Shown: positions 14,130-27,200 of the stretch, in pieces | Layout of the letters: each line of letters begins with the position of its first letter | How positions within the stretch are numbered: position 1 is the stretch's first letter | Origin: Oopsacas minuta | Taxonomy: Eukaryota; Animalia; Porifera | Assembly: GCA_024704765.1 (NCBI GenBank) | Contig: JAKMXF010000077.1 | Coordinates: forward strand, 124,001 to 188,000 | DNA length: 64,000 nt | Reading direction: 5' to 3' | Notes under the pieces: generated by a model | Seen by the model: the letters and a program-made list of their open reading frames with translations, nothing else | What the model was told of the DNA's origin: nothing | Databases searched by the model: none | Made by a program: the position numbers and the translations under genes

Positions 14130-17103
14130 TATAGTAGGGTTATGTCATCAGATTTCAGGACAACGCACAAATATGCTACTTATACAGTCAGAATGAATGA
14201 TTGATAATAGTTATAAGTGAATTTATAAGTTTTAATTACAAATTGAGTTAAAATCAAGTATATTTCTTGGGGTTAGTAAAGAATACTTATCTTGTTTCTA
14301 GGGCATTTCATGTCAATTCACATCCCTATGAAATTGAATAATCTCAAATTCTCAAATGAAGACCTCAAGGAAATCAAAACATTACATTCTGAATTTTTTA
14401 CTTTGAAATATACTATCCTCACCTCGTCCAATAAGCAAGGAAAAATTGGGAAAATTATATAATAAATGCATTATTGTATTTCTTTTGACTTTTACGTATA
14501 ATACATGGTGTAAAGTTCGACTATATCATCAAATAAGCACTAACATAACTGAATACTGATGAATTATTGCATAAAACTAAAATAAAAGATTTTTTAGCTA
14601 ATGCAATACATTGTACCTATTAAAGCTTCTTTAAGAGTTTTAAGTTTCGCAGCTATAAGTATTCAAATAGGTCAACATGGTGACAAGCAACACTTTAATA
14701 GACAATACATGTGTTCCATTGTTTTCCTGCAATAGAAAATGACGTAGACAAAGATAGAGATATTGTCTGGCAAGAAAAAATGTCATTTCGACCTCTAGAA
14801 GTATGAAATACAGGTCTAAGACGAAATGTCCAAAAATTAAGTTTGTATAACTCTTTTATATGAATCTGTAAGTTTAGCATGTATGTTGGTATGTGTCATA
14901 ACATACTAAATATAAGGCCTAACAGTAAAAGTACCAGGGATGCGGTATTAGCAGATATTGGAGAATTCTATTAGTGTCTTAAATATCTACTTAAAATGTT
15001 TTGTCAAGTATTATTAATGATCCCTCGCTGGTATTAGACTAAGATATTGAAATTCTATTTGAAGTTCATTGAAACTAATGTTATTGGACAATAACCCAAT
15101 CAACATAAATAATAAATGTAAATGCATGCAATTACAATAATAATACATACACTTCACAAAATCATGAGAACTTTCTCAGTTTACGTTTTTCTATACCCCT
15201 AGAAGTTACAAGTGAATTATAGTTCTTAATCTTGTTGGCCAGAAAGCAATTAGTAGTAGTAGTAAAAATATGTTTACGTAAGATTTCCCATCTAGTAACA
15301 TTACAGATAGAACAGTTTGATTTCCAGATATCAATACTTGCATCATCTTCCATGTATATCAATGTGAACTCAACTAACATTTTTCTAGCTGGAGCGTGTA
15401 CAAGTAGATTCGCCAAATGTTCATTGTCCTCAATAGCAAACAGAATCTTCCAGAGAGTAATGACAGAGCTAAGAACATGCTCAGATTGATATTTGAGCCC
15501 CCATCGATCTGTTAATTACAAGAGCTTGAATTGAGAAATGGAATCACTATCAGGAATAAATTCTTTATCATAAGTTAGCGTATCAGTGCACAATCTACAC
15601 TCTTGAAACACTTTCAAGAATTTAGAGACTGAATTTTCTCCGATGAAAGCTAACGACCAGAGTATCTGCTGAGTGTATTCAATGGATAATACATCACCGA
15701 TTCCATCAAGATATGGCTCAAGATCTATTTGGGCATCACTAGAAGTACTAAAGGGTGAAGTAAAAGATTTGACAAAAGAATATACAGATTGACAAGGGAA
15801 TATATAGATTGACAAGAGTCTTGTTGGTCAGAAACATTTTATGGATGTTGGAGAGCATAAGACGACGCTCGGATTCGAGAATTTGAATGTAGGAAATATG
15901 ATAATTCGAACCAGGCATCATACAATAGAGTCCAAAATGATGTTCCAATGGGTTTGTTTTCAGAAATGCAAGACAAAACATAAGAAAATCCACAAGACTC
16001 AGTTAGACAGTTTATTATCTGTTCTAAAGCAATACGAGCGTGTTTCAAACTAGTATGCGTTTGCTAACTCAATTTACCCGATTTTCCAGGTAAGGAATGC
16101 CAAGCATCTAACCAATACACTCTACGAGCTATATATATGAAACGCTCATCGTGTAAGATCAAGGGTATTGAGAGATTGTCATTTAAACGGATGTCTTTGA
16201 AGCGTGTACTAACATTGAATATTTTCCACAGAGTAAGAAGGATCCTAACAAACGTAGAGGTATTATTACGATATTCTTCACAACGTCTTTCATTTTGAAT
16301 CTCAAGAGCGGATAGTGTAGATCATTAAAAACATTCAGAACAAAACTGACATTCTGTCTTCCTACACTAGAAGCAAAACAAGCTTTCACTGTTAACTGAG
16401 GAGCCAGTTTCGCTAAACTCCCTCGTACAGAGCTATGTAGATGGCGTACATCTAGAAAGGATGCTGAATGGAGACAAAGGGGGTACTGGCTTTATCAATC
16501 TCAAAATCTTCCAACTTGGGGAAATACATTGTCTTACTAAAATCCTTCTGATTCAACCAATTATTACGTATACTCTTTAAAATATGAACAAAATCGAATG
16601 TGAGGAGAAAAATCTAGTAGGATCAAATGGGTGAGGCACCCTAGTTTCCAATTTGCCACTCAGAGAAAATAGCTTGAAAAGATTTACATTCAAAGGACAA
16701 TTGTCAGTTGAAATTACTTGTACACGTAAACCACAATTCTCAATATCTATGATCACTCTTTAATAATGGGAAATATCTTTTCAGCGGAAATAGAACCACG
16801 TGGTAATAAACGTGAAATACAAGACCATTTCTTATGTAAGCTAGATACCATTACCAAGATGCAGTCCTGGTTGGGTCCTCTGGTCTAATTTTGGAGACAA
16901 GATTTTCCCTCCTTTATAAGTATTATCAGATTTAACGTGTATTTCATCCATTTGAACTATAACATTTCTCTCCAATGAACTGAATGAAGAAGTAGCTTGG
17001 GAGAGATAGGTAGAGAAATCGCTTTCAATGCCAAACGAAGAATACAATGTATTTAATGTCTGAACATGTGGTAGAGAAAGACACTCTAAACCCTGGAGAT
17101 ATA

Positions 17104-18417
17104 CAGGGTGCGTTTTAAGTTCTGTCCCATCTTTATGTTTTATTGTATTATCAATATTCTAAGCATATCCTTAATACTACTATGTTGATTCTTTTACTAT
17201 ATTGTTTAGCTAGCACCTATAACTATTATACAATACACCATTCTCACGTATTAGTATTTTCATTTGATGGAACACGAAAGGTCAGCTATTATTGAGTTAG
17301 CTAAAAATGGCAAGACTCAGAAAGAAATTTTGAAGTTGCTCAATATTCCCGCTAATAGACGTAAGTTTGTCTATCGTACGATTCGGAGGTACAACGAGAC
17401 TGGGGAAGTTTGTGACAAAGCAAGAAGTGGTCGTCCCCCTTCAGTAACGACTCCAGCACTCCAAAAGTTGGTGCGGGAACGTATCCGTAGGAACCCACGG
17501 CGTTCTATGAGGAAAATGGCTCAGGAACTCAAAGTATCAGAGTCTTCAGTACGGAAAATTGTGAAAGTGAACTTAGGCATGCGTTCATTCAGAAGAAAGA
17601 GAGTTCACTTCCTAAGTGAGCAAGTAAAGGTCAAGAGGCTTCAAAGATGTAAAGGACAATTACGTAGGCACGTAAATCATGATATTAAAAAAATTGTATT
17701 CTCCGACGAAAAGATTTTCACCATTGAGGAAGCTTTGAACCCTCAAAACGACAGGATTATATCACACAAGTCATCTACTATTGATCCAGATCCGAAGTAC
17801 GTTCCTCGAGTCCAATAACCACTTTCAGTAATGGTTTGGGCTGGAATATCGGCTGTTGGTCGGACGCCACTAATTTTTGTGCCAGCAGGCGTAAAAATAA
17901 ACTCGATAACTTATCGTGACTTAATTTTAGAGCCCATAGTGAAGAACCTTAGCCAAACCATGTTTAATGGTGGGTCATTTGTATTTCAACAAGACGGAGC
18001 ACCAGCTCACACATCAAATGTTACCCAAACCTGGCTTCAGAGCAATATTCCATGTTTTATCGAGAAAGAGCAATGGCCTCCATATAGCCCAGACCTGAAC
18101 CCAATGGACTATTCGGTATGGTCCATTCTCGAAAGCAGAGTCTGTGCTAAATCTCACAAGAGTATAGACTCTTTGAAGCGAAAATTGCGAGAAGAGTGGG
18201 AGAAAATACCCCAAGATGTACTCCGTGCTGCAGTTGAGGCCCTATCTGGCAGGATATCAAGTGTCATTCATGACAAGGGAGGTTATATTGAGTAATCAGT
18301 GCGATTATGTAATCGTATTGATCATAGTAAACTGGTATAAAAGTTTAAATAGTAAAAGATCTATTGTAGTAAAGTTATGAGGATTTGACTATGGGACAGA
18401 ACTTAAAACGCACCCTG
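17104..18417 (+). mobile_element. maT (DD37D) transposon, near intact
   Basis: Perfect 27-bp TIR CAGGGTGCGTTTTAAGTTCTGTCCCAT, TA TSD; inserted into the P transposase. Confidence 0.96.
17264..18295 (+). pseudogene. DD37D maT transposase with a single in-frame TAA (17816-17818)
   Basis: ORFs 17264-17818 and 17831-18295 share a frame; FSDEK, QQDGAPAH-37-D in WPPYSPDLNPMDYSVW. Confidence 0.93.
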
Positions 18418-20092
18418 TACATAACATGCTGGAGAAATGAGATGTGTCTTAATTGACATGACTTGTGCAATTATATTGTACCTTCGCCTGTTATTAGGAA
18501 TAAATATATTGTCAAATTGACAGAGGATAAATTGGAGCTTAGCTATAACTGAGGAAGAATAGTTTTCGCTATCCTCTATGCTAGCTAAATCATTAACCTT
18601 CTCTACGTGTTGTTTAGCACGAGGAATATGAAATGAATGTGATTTAGTATGATGATCATCAGATACAATTTTTGAGGAAATTTGATGTAATAATGATTCA
18701 ATTTGTCGAATATCATTAATTGAATTAAGAAAAGTAGGTATGCTTTGTTCATAGAACCAGGCTGGTACAGATAAAAATGAATTTATTTCTAGATAAATCC
18801 ACTGAAATATTTTTTTCAATAAGACAAGGAAGAGTAAACCGTATACTAGAATTGTATCTATGCCATCCTAACCAATTGTCTGGTAACATAATATAATTCA
18901 ACTTAGCTTTCAGATCCTGTAAATTTCTAATGGTGAATTTGTATTTGGCCTCACTATCAGATTTCAGACTCCGCGGAATTGTTTAATTCAATATTTCTTT
19001 TTCTTTTGATTCATAAGACAAACGAGTACGTGTGCTTGTCAATGTTGATGAATAATGATGGGCTACTAGGAAGTAAACAGGGAATTGCCCCTTCTTTCAG
19101 CTTAAGTTTATCACGAGGTACACTAGTGAAAGTAGCGTCACCATTGGGAACCTTATGAAAATACTCAACATCTTCTTCACGGAAATGCTTGATACATACA
19201 TTAACAACCTTGAGACAATCAATATCTTCACGTGAAGAGCGCGTATCCAGGACTGTTTATGTGCAGGTGGATTCTCTGGCATTCTGAATATATGCACTCT
19301 GTCATCTGGGTAATAATTATTTGTGCAACCCGGGGTAGAACAGGTACTGGGCATCAGAGATACAATATACAAGGTAATAGTGAGCAGAAATGGATTATAA
19401 ACTGGCATAGGTATGTGATGGACTATCATTACTAGTAACTAGAGTAGGTCAGTGAAAATTTTTATTTGCATATATAACTATTATAATGAATTTAAACAGT
19501 ATGGTTGATTAATAATCAGAAATTTTAAAAATAGAAAATGGGTAGTTAATATAACAGCTAATAACATATCCCTGGCACAAACAATGAAGTTACTGTTAGG
19601 CCTTACATTTATATGCTATGTATATATACATTAATTAATGAGCAACATGAATTCCATAAATTGTATGGATTTTTTTAACAGTATTCTTCATTTACAGGAG
19701 TTTGAAGACAATATGAAAATAAATAATGTTTTTCTATTTGAAGAGATTCACATAGCGTAAAAGAATGTGAATAGCAATAATAGAGATTGAAATAGCTATA
19801 CAAGGAATCAGGGATCAATCTGAAAAATTAGAAAAGACACTAACCTGTTTGTACCAACATGGCTTACCTCGCCTCATAAGAGAATTATCCATAACATCAT
19901 CGGCAATTAGGAAGAAGGCTTGAAGCTAAGAAAGAAGAAATGTCCATTAATAATAGAATGACAAAGATATTGATACTAAACATTGGGTAAATGTATTTCC
20001 AACACATAAAATATTCAAAATTTGCAGATCACAGAAGGTGATGCAAATTAATATAAGTAGAACTACACAAATGTTAAGTTAATATGATATTC

Positions 20093-20679
20093 GGCCGAGT
20101 AAGTTCAATCACTAATTTGTCCTACATATACCCATCAGATTCACCAGAAAATTAATATCATCCAGTAGAAGAGTGTTGGACGTTGTATAAAATATAATTT
20201 TCTTAAAGTTTGAATCATACTTCTCGTTTATTGTCATGACTAGTAGGATCGCTTCTCTATCAAAAAGACGACTTAAATTTTAGAATTCGAATCTGAAATG
20301 TTTAGTCTATATTTGTGAGCCATGGACTTCAATGGAAATTTTATTTCAACCAAAAATTCCTAAAACTTGATTAGATACAAGTATCCAAAGTTGAAGTCCG
20401 AGTTATAATCGAGGGGTGTGTGTATCATTCTACAAAAAGTAAGACCAGTCCAAACAGGGGGACGCTAATACTTTTTTGAGACTTTTAATTTCTCAATTAG
20501 GGATCGTGTTTTAACAGAGAAGCGATACTACTAGTCATGACAAAAACGATAGGTAAAAGTAAAAGAACTTTAAGAAACTTATATTGTATAAAACATCAAA
20601 CACTCTTCAAGCGAATGATATTAATTTTCGGGTAAATCTGATGTGTATAAGTAGAACAAATTAATAATTAAACTGGCCC
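20093..20679. mobile_element. MITE with long (~200 bp) diverged terminal inverted repeats
   Basis: Left segment CATCAGATT..GAAAATTAATATCAT..GAAGAGTGTT..TTGTCATGACTAGTAG..TCGCTTCTCT is mirrored on the minus strand at ~20490-20679. Ends approximate. Confidence 0.7.
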
Positions 20680-22141
20680 AGCTTGAATACCCTGTAAACT
20701 TCAATCTCGTAGAAATACTATAATTGCAATATCATCAATTCAAATTGCAAGTATTTGAATAAGTAGAGCATAATAATATTATGATAATGTTATAGTAATG
20801 AGTAATGCTGCCATTATTGTAAATTCTAAAACCTGGTATCAACTGGTTCTCAATTGGCTAAAGTTTGCCCCAATAAATAAAGTTTGCAAAAGTCTTAAGC
20901 CAGTGATAAAATAATCTGATATTATATTATTTCATGCATAATCGCAGATAAAGTTAGTGTAATTGTGTCAAAAACAATCTAAAAGGTAAACAACACTACG
21001 AAAATTCTACTTTGTATGTTCTTTGTTCTACTATTATGAACATTATTATATATCTAACCCAGAAATACGTAAAAACTACCGTAGGAACCGAGTTTGAATT
21101 TGTCCGGCTAAACGGTAGCAGTCCTACGATTGTGCTCTTGTTGAAATTTCACTTAGTAGAGAGGTAAAACGAATTGGTATATGACAGGAACACAGGTGCC
21201 AAAACTTCTTATGTTATTGATATTGAAAATTTACAAAATCCATATCATCCAACTATTGTAAGTTTGCAATGATGTCAGCAGTATAGCTAAAAGGGCAATA
21301 TCTTGATAAAACGATCACAAGTGCGTGTTCGATTCAAGAATAAATACCAAGTGATAGAAGGAAGTTTATACATAGAATATGATATTATTGAAATTTAAAA
21401 GTTCTCACATTACTGAGTTATATTAGGTGTCTAGGATTTGCACATGTTTGGAAAACCTTACTTAACTCTATAACCACTAGATTTATCATCAAATCACTCA
21501 AGCCGATATGTACGATCCACCCAACTTTCCATAAAATAGTAATGATTTTCACACTATAACTTGAAGGACTGTTGGATAATCTTGAGAATAAAAAAAGTAG
21601 GCATATTCACGATTGCGTCACATCAGTCAGAGATATCATATCAAAACGATTTCAAGGATACGGAAAGTTGGATATTTACCACATATTGGTCCGAAATATT
21701 AGATAATCACTCTAGCTACTATCGAGTCATTAGAGGATTTACCAAATACGTGCCATCAATGGTATCTAAGATAACTCAGTTACGTGACATCTTTATAATT
21801 GAAAAAATTGTATATTGTATGAATGATCATGCTCAGATCACCTGATATAATTCTGGAACCAAAAATACACTAGTGATAGTATATCAGAGCTGCAAAAATG
21901 GTGCATTTCAAATTGATAACAGTTGGATAAACATGGATTGTGTAAATCTTAAAAAAAACCTACTTGTATTAGAACAAAAGCGGACCGATTTCGCTTTGGA
22001 CGATGGATTAAATTATATCCTCAAATTTACATAAATAATTTCTCAAGTTGTATACAGTGGTTATATCGATAAAATATCGATGAAATGAAGAATAAGAGTA
22101 CAACTTGCGATAATTCACCATGAAGGTAATTGCAGATAGTA

Positions 22142-23684
22142 CACTGCGTGAACAAAAGTATTCGTACCTTTTGATACTATGTTATGATATCATATATATA
22201 ATTAAAATGATTTCAAAATTACTGTGCATATACATTTTAAGATGTCACCCAAGAAGGTAAATCCGTCAGTTGGCTTTAATATCAATAGGCGAATAAATCT
22301 GAATGTACTAGTAGAGCAGTCTCTAATATTTATAACTGTTTTAATGTTCTTATGCTATGCTGAAAATAGCAACATTTAGAGGTTTGACATTCTATAATTG
22401 TACCCAAACCTTTAGATAAACCCCCTATGATTCTTTCTGTTATTTATTATAGCATTTTATTCGGTCACTCTGGTTATGACGAAAAAGAACGAAATTTCCC
22501 AAGATGTTAGACAGCAGATTATTGGATTGAAAATAGGTGGACATTCTTACAATAGTATTTCTACAATATTATCTGTCCCTAAGTCGACAGTTCGGTCCAT
22601 CATTATTCGGTGGAAACATCTGGGACCACTAACAATAAACCTCGTTCTGAGAGACCAAGTTTATTATCACTACGAGCCCTCAGGAGACTTAAAGCGGCTG
22701 TAAGAACGAACAGGTGGAAAACTTCATCCCATATCACTACCGAATTCAACCGATCTACTGTTACCAACTCCGTTTACTCGAAGACTATTCGACGAGGTCT
22801 GATGGATCTCGGATTTACGCCGCATATTCCGAAGAAAAAGCCCCTAATATCAGAAAAAATATAGTAAACAAGTTAAAATTTTATAAGTTACATGGTAGTT
22901 GGAGTATTGAGCAATGGAACAAGGTTATCTGGCCCGATAAAAGTAGATTTAGACTATTTTATTCGGATGCGAGACAAAAAGTGTGGCGATAACTAAACGA
23001 ACGCTATCTTCCAGAATGTCTCCGAAAAAGTATACAAGGAGATGATGGTTCAATAATGGTTTGGGGCTGTTTACCGGAAACGTTCTTGGACCCTGTTATG
23101 CGGTTAATGAAAGAATGAATTCTTCATCTTATATTTAGAATATTTTGTCGAAATTTACACGTCTTTTTATCTTCAAATTTTAGAAAATAGCATCTCACCG
23201 ATTTTTCAACAAGACAACGCCCCTGCGCATCGAGCCACACAAACTCACAAATGGTTTCAACAGAAAGATGTACCAATAATGATCTGACCTGCCAAAGCCC
23301 CAACTTAAATCCCATAGAAAGTCTATGAGACACATTACAAAGGCAGATCAATTCAAGACTAAAGAAGCCAACAACCCTACAAGAATTGAAGGAAATTCTT
23401 TTAGAAGAATGGTACAAAATACCCACAACCAAATTAGAAAATTTAATGGAAAGTATGCCACGAAAGATGCTTGCTTTAATAGAATCGAAGGGCATGCAAA
23501 CCAGGTACTAAGTTGGAAACTCTACCTCTCTTCTAATTATAATAATATTAGGATATATACATGAACTCATCTTCTAAATTTAATCCTAGTTGAGCGTGTA
23601 GTTTTAGTTTTCTGTACGTATGATATATAATACGTAGTAAACATCTGTAATTTGAGGGGTATGAATACTTTTGTTCACGCAGTG
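22142..23684 (+). mobile_element. Tc1-like (DD34E) transposon, frameshifted transposase ~22476-23500
   Basis: TIR CACTGCGTGAACAAAAGTATTC(G/A)TACC, TA TSD; Tc1 HTH ORFs; VIWPDKSRF; QQDNAPAH-34-E after frame repair. Confidence 0.92.
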
Positions 23685-24028
23685 TATAATCTTAACAGAT
23701 TCTGCCATACCCAGTAATTTCCCATATTCTCCAGGTTATTTATCAAAACAGAAAAGAAAAGCATATAAGATTACCTAGAGATGATAATGAGGTGAGGCGG
23801 TTTCAGGAAACAGTCAGTCATAGTCGACAGGAAAGCGAAACGATATTGAGTAAATTCATAGTTAAATGGGTTGATGATGTAATTGACAAATGAGATTTGA
23901 CAACTTTTCCAGATCTTGAATCAACTAAATAAATTCGATACCATAGTAATTCAAATGCTATTGAATTTCGAAGGCCAACTTTAGATTGAACATGCTCTTG
24001 CCATTGACAAATATATACACCAAAGGAT

Positions 24029-27000
24029 CACACTGGCTGACAACATTTTCTTGGCCGATAAATTGAGACAATTTCTAGGGTATATTGGGGGCCATGAGTT
24101 CGAAAATGGCACTACTTTAGATCAATTGGCTCTACTTTTGTGAAGTTGTAAAATTATGTTTTTCAGTATCCGTAAATCTGTGTTCACTGATACTATACAG
24201 TCAAGGGACAAAAGTATTCGACCACACAAATATATTGTCATAAATTGTATACTCTTTCCCGCTCCCATATATTGTGTAGTCTATATTCGTAGCTGCAATC
24301 TAGTAATTTCCATAGAATAACATATGTTTTTCAAGAATTTCAAAAAAATATTTTCGATTTACACTTTTTGAAGGTGTTAATTGTCAATAATTATTAGATA
24401 ATTATTGATAATCAAATATGTGGTAATTCAAAGCCTATTAAGAATCTATAATTTCTGACTTGATATTTGAATTCTACGTAGGCGAGTTATCCCAGGTTGA
24501 AATTTCGAATCGAATTGAACAACTTTTACCAAAGTTATAGAAGAATTCCAATTTGTGCCATTTGTGCCACCTTTTGCCCAAGGTGGCACAAGTGGCCGCT
24601 ACCAAGAAGTTATTTTGTAATTCAAGGGTTAGCATAGTCATATCATTCGAAAATAGTACTTTGACTTATCCTCCTAACCCTAGTTGATTTCCTTGTAGTG
24701 GCGCTTTTTCCTGCCATCTGTGCCACTTTTTCAAAAAGTGGCACAAGTGGGACAAATTGAAATTCTTCTATAACTTTAGTAAAGTTGTTCAATTCGATTG
24801 GAAATTTCAATCTGGGGTAACTCGCCTCCGTAGAATTCAAATATCAAGTCAGAAATTATAGATTCTTAATAGGCTTTGAATTGCCACATATTTGATTATC
24901 AATAATTATCTAATAATTATTGACAATCAACACCTTCAAAAAGTGTAAATCGAAAATATTTTTTTGAAATTCTTGAAAAACATACGTTATTCTATGGAAA
25001 TTACTAGATTGCAGCTACGAATATAGACCACACAATATATGGGAGCGGGAAAGAGTATACAATTTATGACAATATATTTGTGTGGTCGAATACTTTTGTC
25101 CCTTGACTGTATAGTATGCACGTGCAACCTTATAACTAGAATTGAATGTATCTAATAAGCAGATAATTTGAGATATAATATGATCTCAATACTTGTCAAT
25201 CATGAACGAACGTTCTCTTATGCGAATTCCTATATGAGGTTCTTGGGGACAATCACACATAAAGTTCCAGCCATAATCTGCCAACATGTAAGCGCCCCAT
25301 CGTCCTTGGACCGTTCCTCCATAGTCCTGATGTCTTAGTGGAATCGCTCGCCCTGTTCTTCGTTTAAATCACCAAGATTTTCAGGGAATTTCTCTAAATG
25401 GCTATAGAGGCAGTGAAGCTTTTACTCATTCTGGTTGCCATACTGTTGAAGTTCTTAAGCATACCTTCGGCCAAATTCTGGTAGTTAGTCACTTTGGTGT
25501 TGCCTAAGAATCCCTTTATAACATCGACAAAGGAATAGCACGCGGCAGCCTCAACTCCAATCATGTATGAGGTGAATTCTTCATCTTACATCAGTTTTCT
25601 GATTTGTGGCCCATCAAAAATTCCAGCCTTAAGTTTTCGCTACTCAGACCACGATACACTGAGCAGAGGTAGTGAAACACTTACCATCTTTGTTCAATCC
25701 CTTTACGAATTGTTCCATCAGTCCAAACTTGATATCTAGTGGGGGAAGGATGATACAGTCACGGCTAACTAGTGGCTCGTTAATGATAATCTCTTCCCCC
25801 ATGGCAACCTTTAGACAAACCGACTAGTTCTTCCTTTCCAATGCACCTCATCCGCTCTGCTGGCCCATAAACAAAGAAAGCATGGGTATTTAATCTAACA
25901 CCTTACTGTCCTAACAGAGTATTGACCATTTTCAGGACCACCCACCCGATCCGTTATGTTCATCATAACACAGCTCTTGTAGAACCATCATTACAGTTGC
26001 GTTGTGCTCTTTCAAGATTACTGAATGGCCGATCGGAACATAGGAAAACTTGTTACCATTATGCAGCAACACACACTTAGACTCCTTTAAGAGCTGTCGA
26101 TAAATAAACGCCACTCATTCGGATTGTATTGGAACAGTCCCATTACTGAGAGAAGTCCTGGGATGTACTACAAAACACGAAATTGCCTTTTTCACTAAAA
26201 TCCCGATATATTATTCATCTCTTTTTCGGGAATAAGCTATCCTAGCTTCACGGTGGAGAACATGGTGTTCACTGAGACGGGAAGCCATGATCTCTAAAGC
26301 ATGTTTTGACAAGCCTAAGTCTCTCACTAAGTCGTTGAGTTGCACCTGTGTCAAAGGCTCGGCTTTACTTTTCTGAAACGACTCATTACAGCATTGCTGC
26401 TATAAGTGCCGCCCGACTATTCTTCCATTGCTTCAGTAAACGCAGTATCAGATACTAGAACAGGTAAGGATGTAAACAGGCACCGGAAGTTCGCTGAAGT
26501 GTGGAATTGGCCGTCTTGCAGAATCCATGTCAGGATATTGCCACGAATTATTCTTCTGTCTGTTCGATCCAGAGATGCTAACCATGTAGAAGTAACAGCC
26601 ATCGTGATGGTTTTGGGCTCTCGTCAAACCATTGGTACCCCAAACTTCATGGAGTTGACTTTACCTTGGGTCCAGAGGCGGAAGGTTTCTATGCAATATT
26701 TGCACACTTTGTGAGGGCTCCATGACTTATCCTGATTGCCTAAATTCAGAACAAAGCAAGCCTGATCTGCATTTTGGTGACATCTCTAACATTAAAACGA
26801 TACTCCTTTGCCATATAATCATCACAAGTATAGCAAAAGTGATCAGGATCATTGAGGCAACAACGTCTAATGCGATTTGAATCCATAAAAGGTTCTAATA
26901 TTTTGGAAAAAGAGTAAAGAAACAGTAGTAAATGATGATATAAACATACAATAGAATATATCTGTATTAAAACCTCAAAATTTAAGGTTGTGTAATACTA

Positions 27001-27120
27001 GAAAATTAGAGCCAATTAAACAAAAGTAATAGTATTTTCGGATTTAGCAACCCCGAAATACCATAAAAACGCTTCAACAACCTGAGCCAAGAGATAGAAA
27101 TGTGTTTTTGTTGACCTGTG
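24029..27120 (-). mobile_element. Chapaev3-like (CMC) transposon remnant, transposase ~25255-26880
   Basis: Minus-strand motifs CLNDPDHFCY.C, MKFGVPMV*REPK, LPPLDIKFGLMEQFVKGL, KLKAGIFDGPQIRKL, EEQGERFH*D..ME; right terminus reverse-complements to CACAGGTCAACAAAAAC; left CACACTGG terminus at 24029 is only loosely similar and tentative. Confidence 0.75.
24198..25109. mobile_element. Foldback Tc1-type MITE with ~400-bp inverted arms
   Basis: Termini TA-CAGTCAAGGGACAAAAGTATTCGACCAC; arms ~24198-24600 and ~24705-25109 are near-identical reverse complements; short non-coding spacer. Confidence 0.92.
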
Positions 27121-27200
27121 CTATATAAGCGGAATTATACAACTTTCATACAAAAGATTTCCGATAACCGTATAATTGAATAAATTTACTGTGATATATA

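Larger units (their letters stand above)
15162..19354 (-). pseudogene. THAP-domain P-element/THAP9-like transposase pseudogene
   Basis: N-terminal THAP MPSTCSTPGC..HIF..P..W..AL..VCIKHF..LKEGAIP (19354-19090); core VIVQMDEIHVKSDNTYKGGKI (~16950); C-terminal LAFIG..C..C, IDRGGLKY-like and NCFLANKIKNYN..KRKLRKFS* at 15162. Several frameshifts and stops. Confidence 0.85.
14897..19620 (-). mobile_element. P-element-like (THAP) transposon with nested maT insertion
   Basis: Imperfect TIR CATA(A/G)CATA(C/-)TAAAT(A/G)TAAGGCCTAACAGTAA at 14897 and 19620; no clean TSD (TATGTGT vs TATATAC). Confidence 0.65.

Noticed and set aside
15765-15820. Three ~20-bp AGATTGACAAG..AATATA units
   Set aside because: Local slippage duplication inside the P transposase, not a CRISPR-like or regulatory array.
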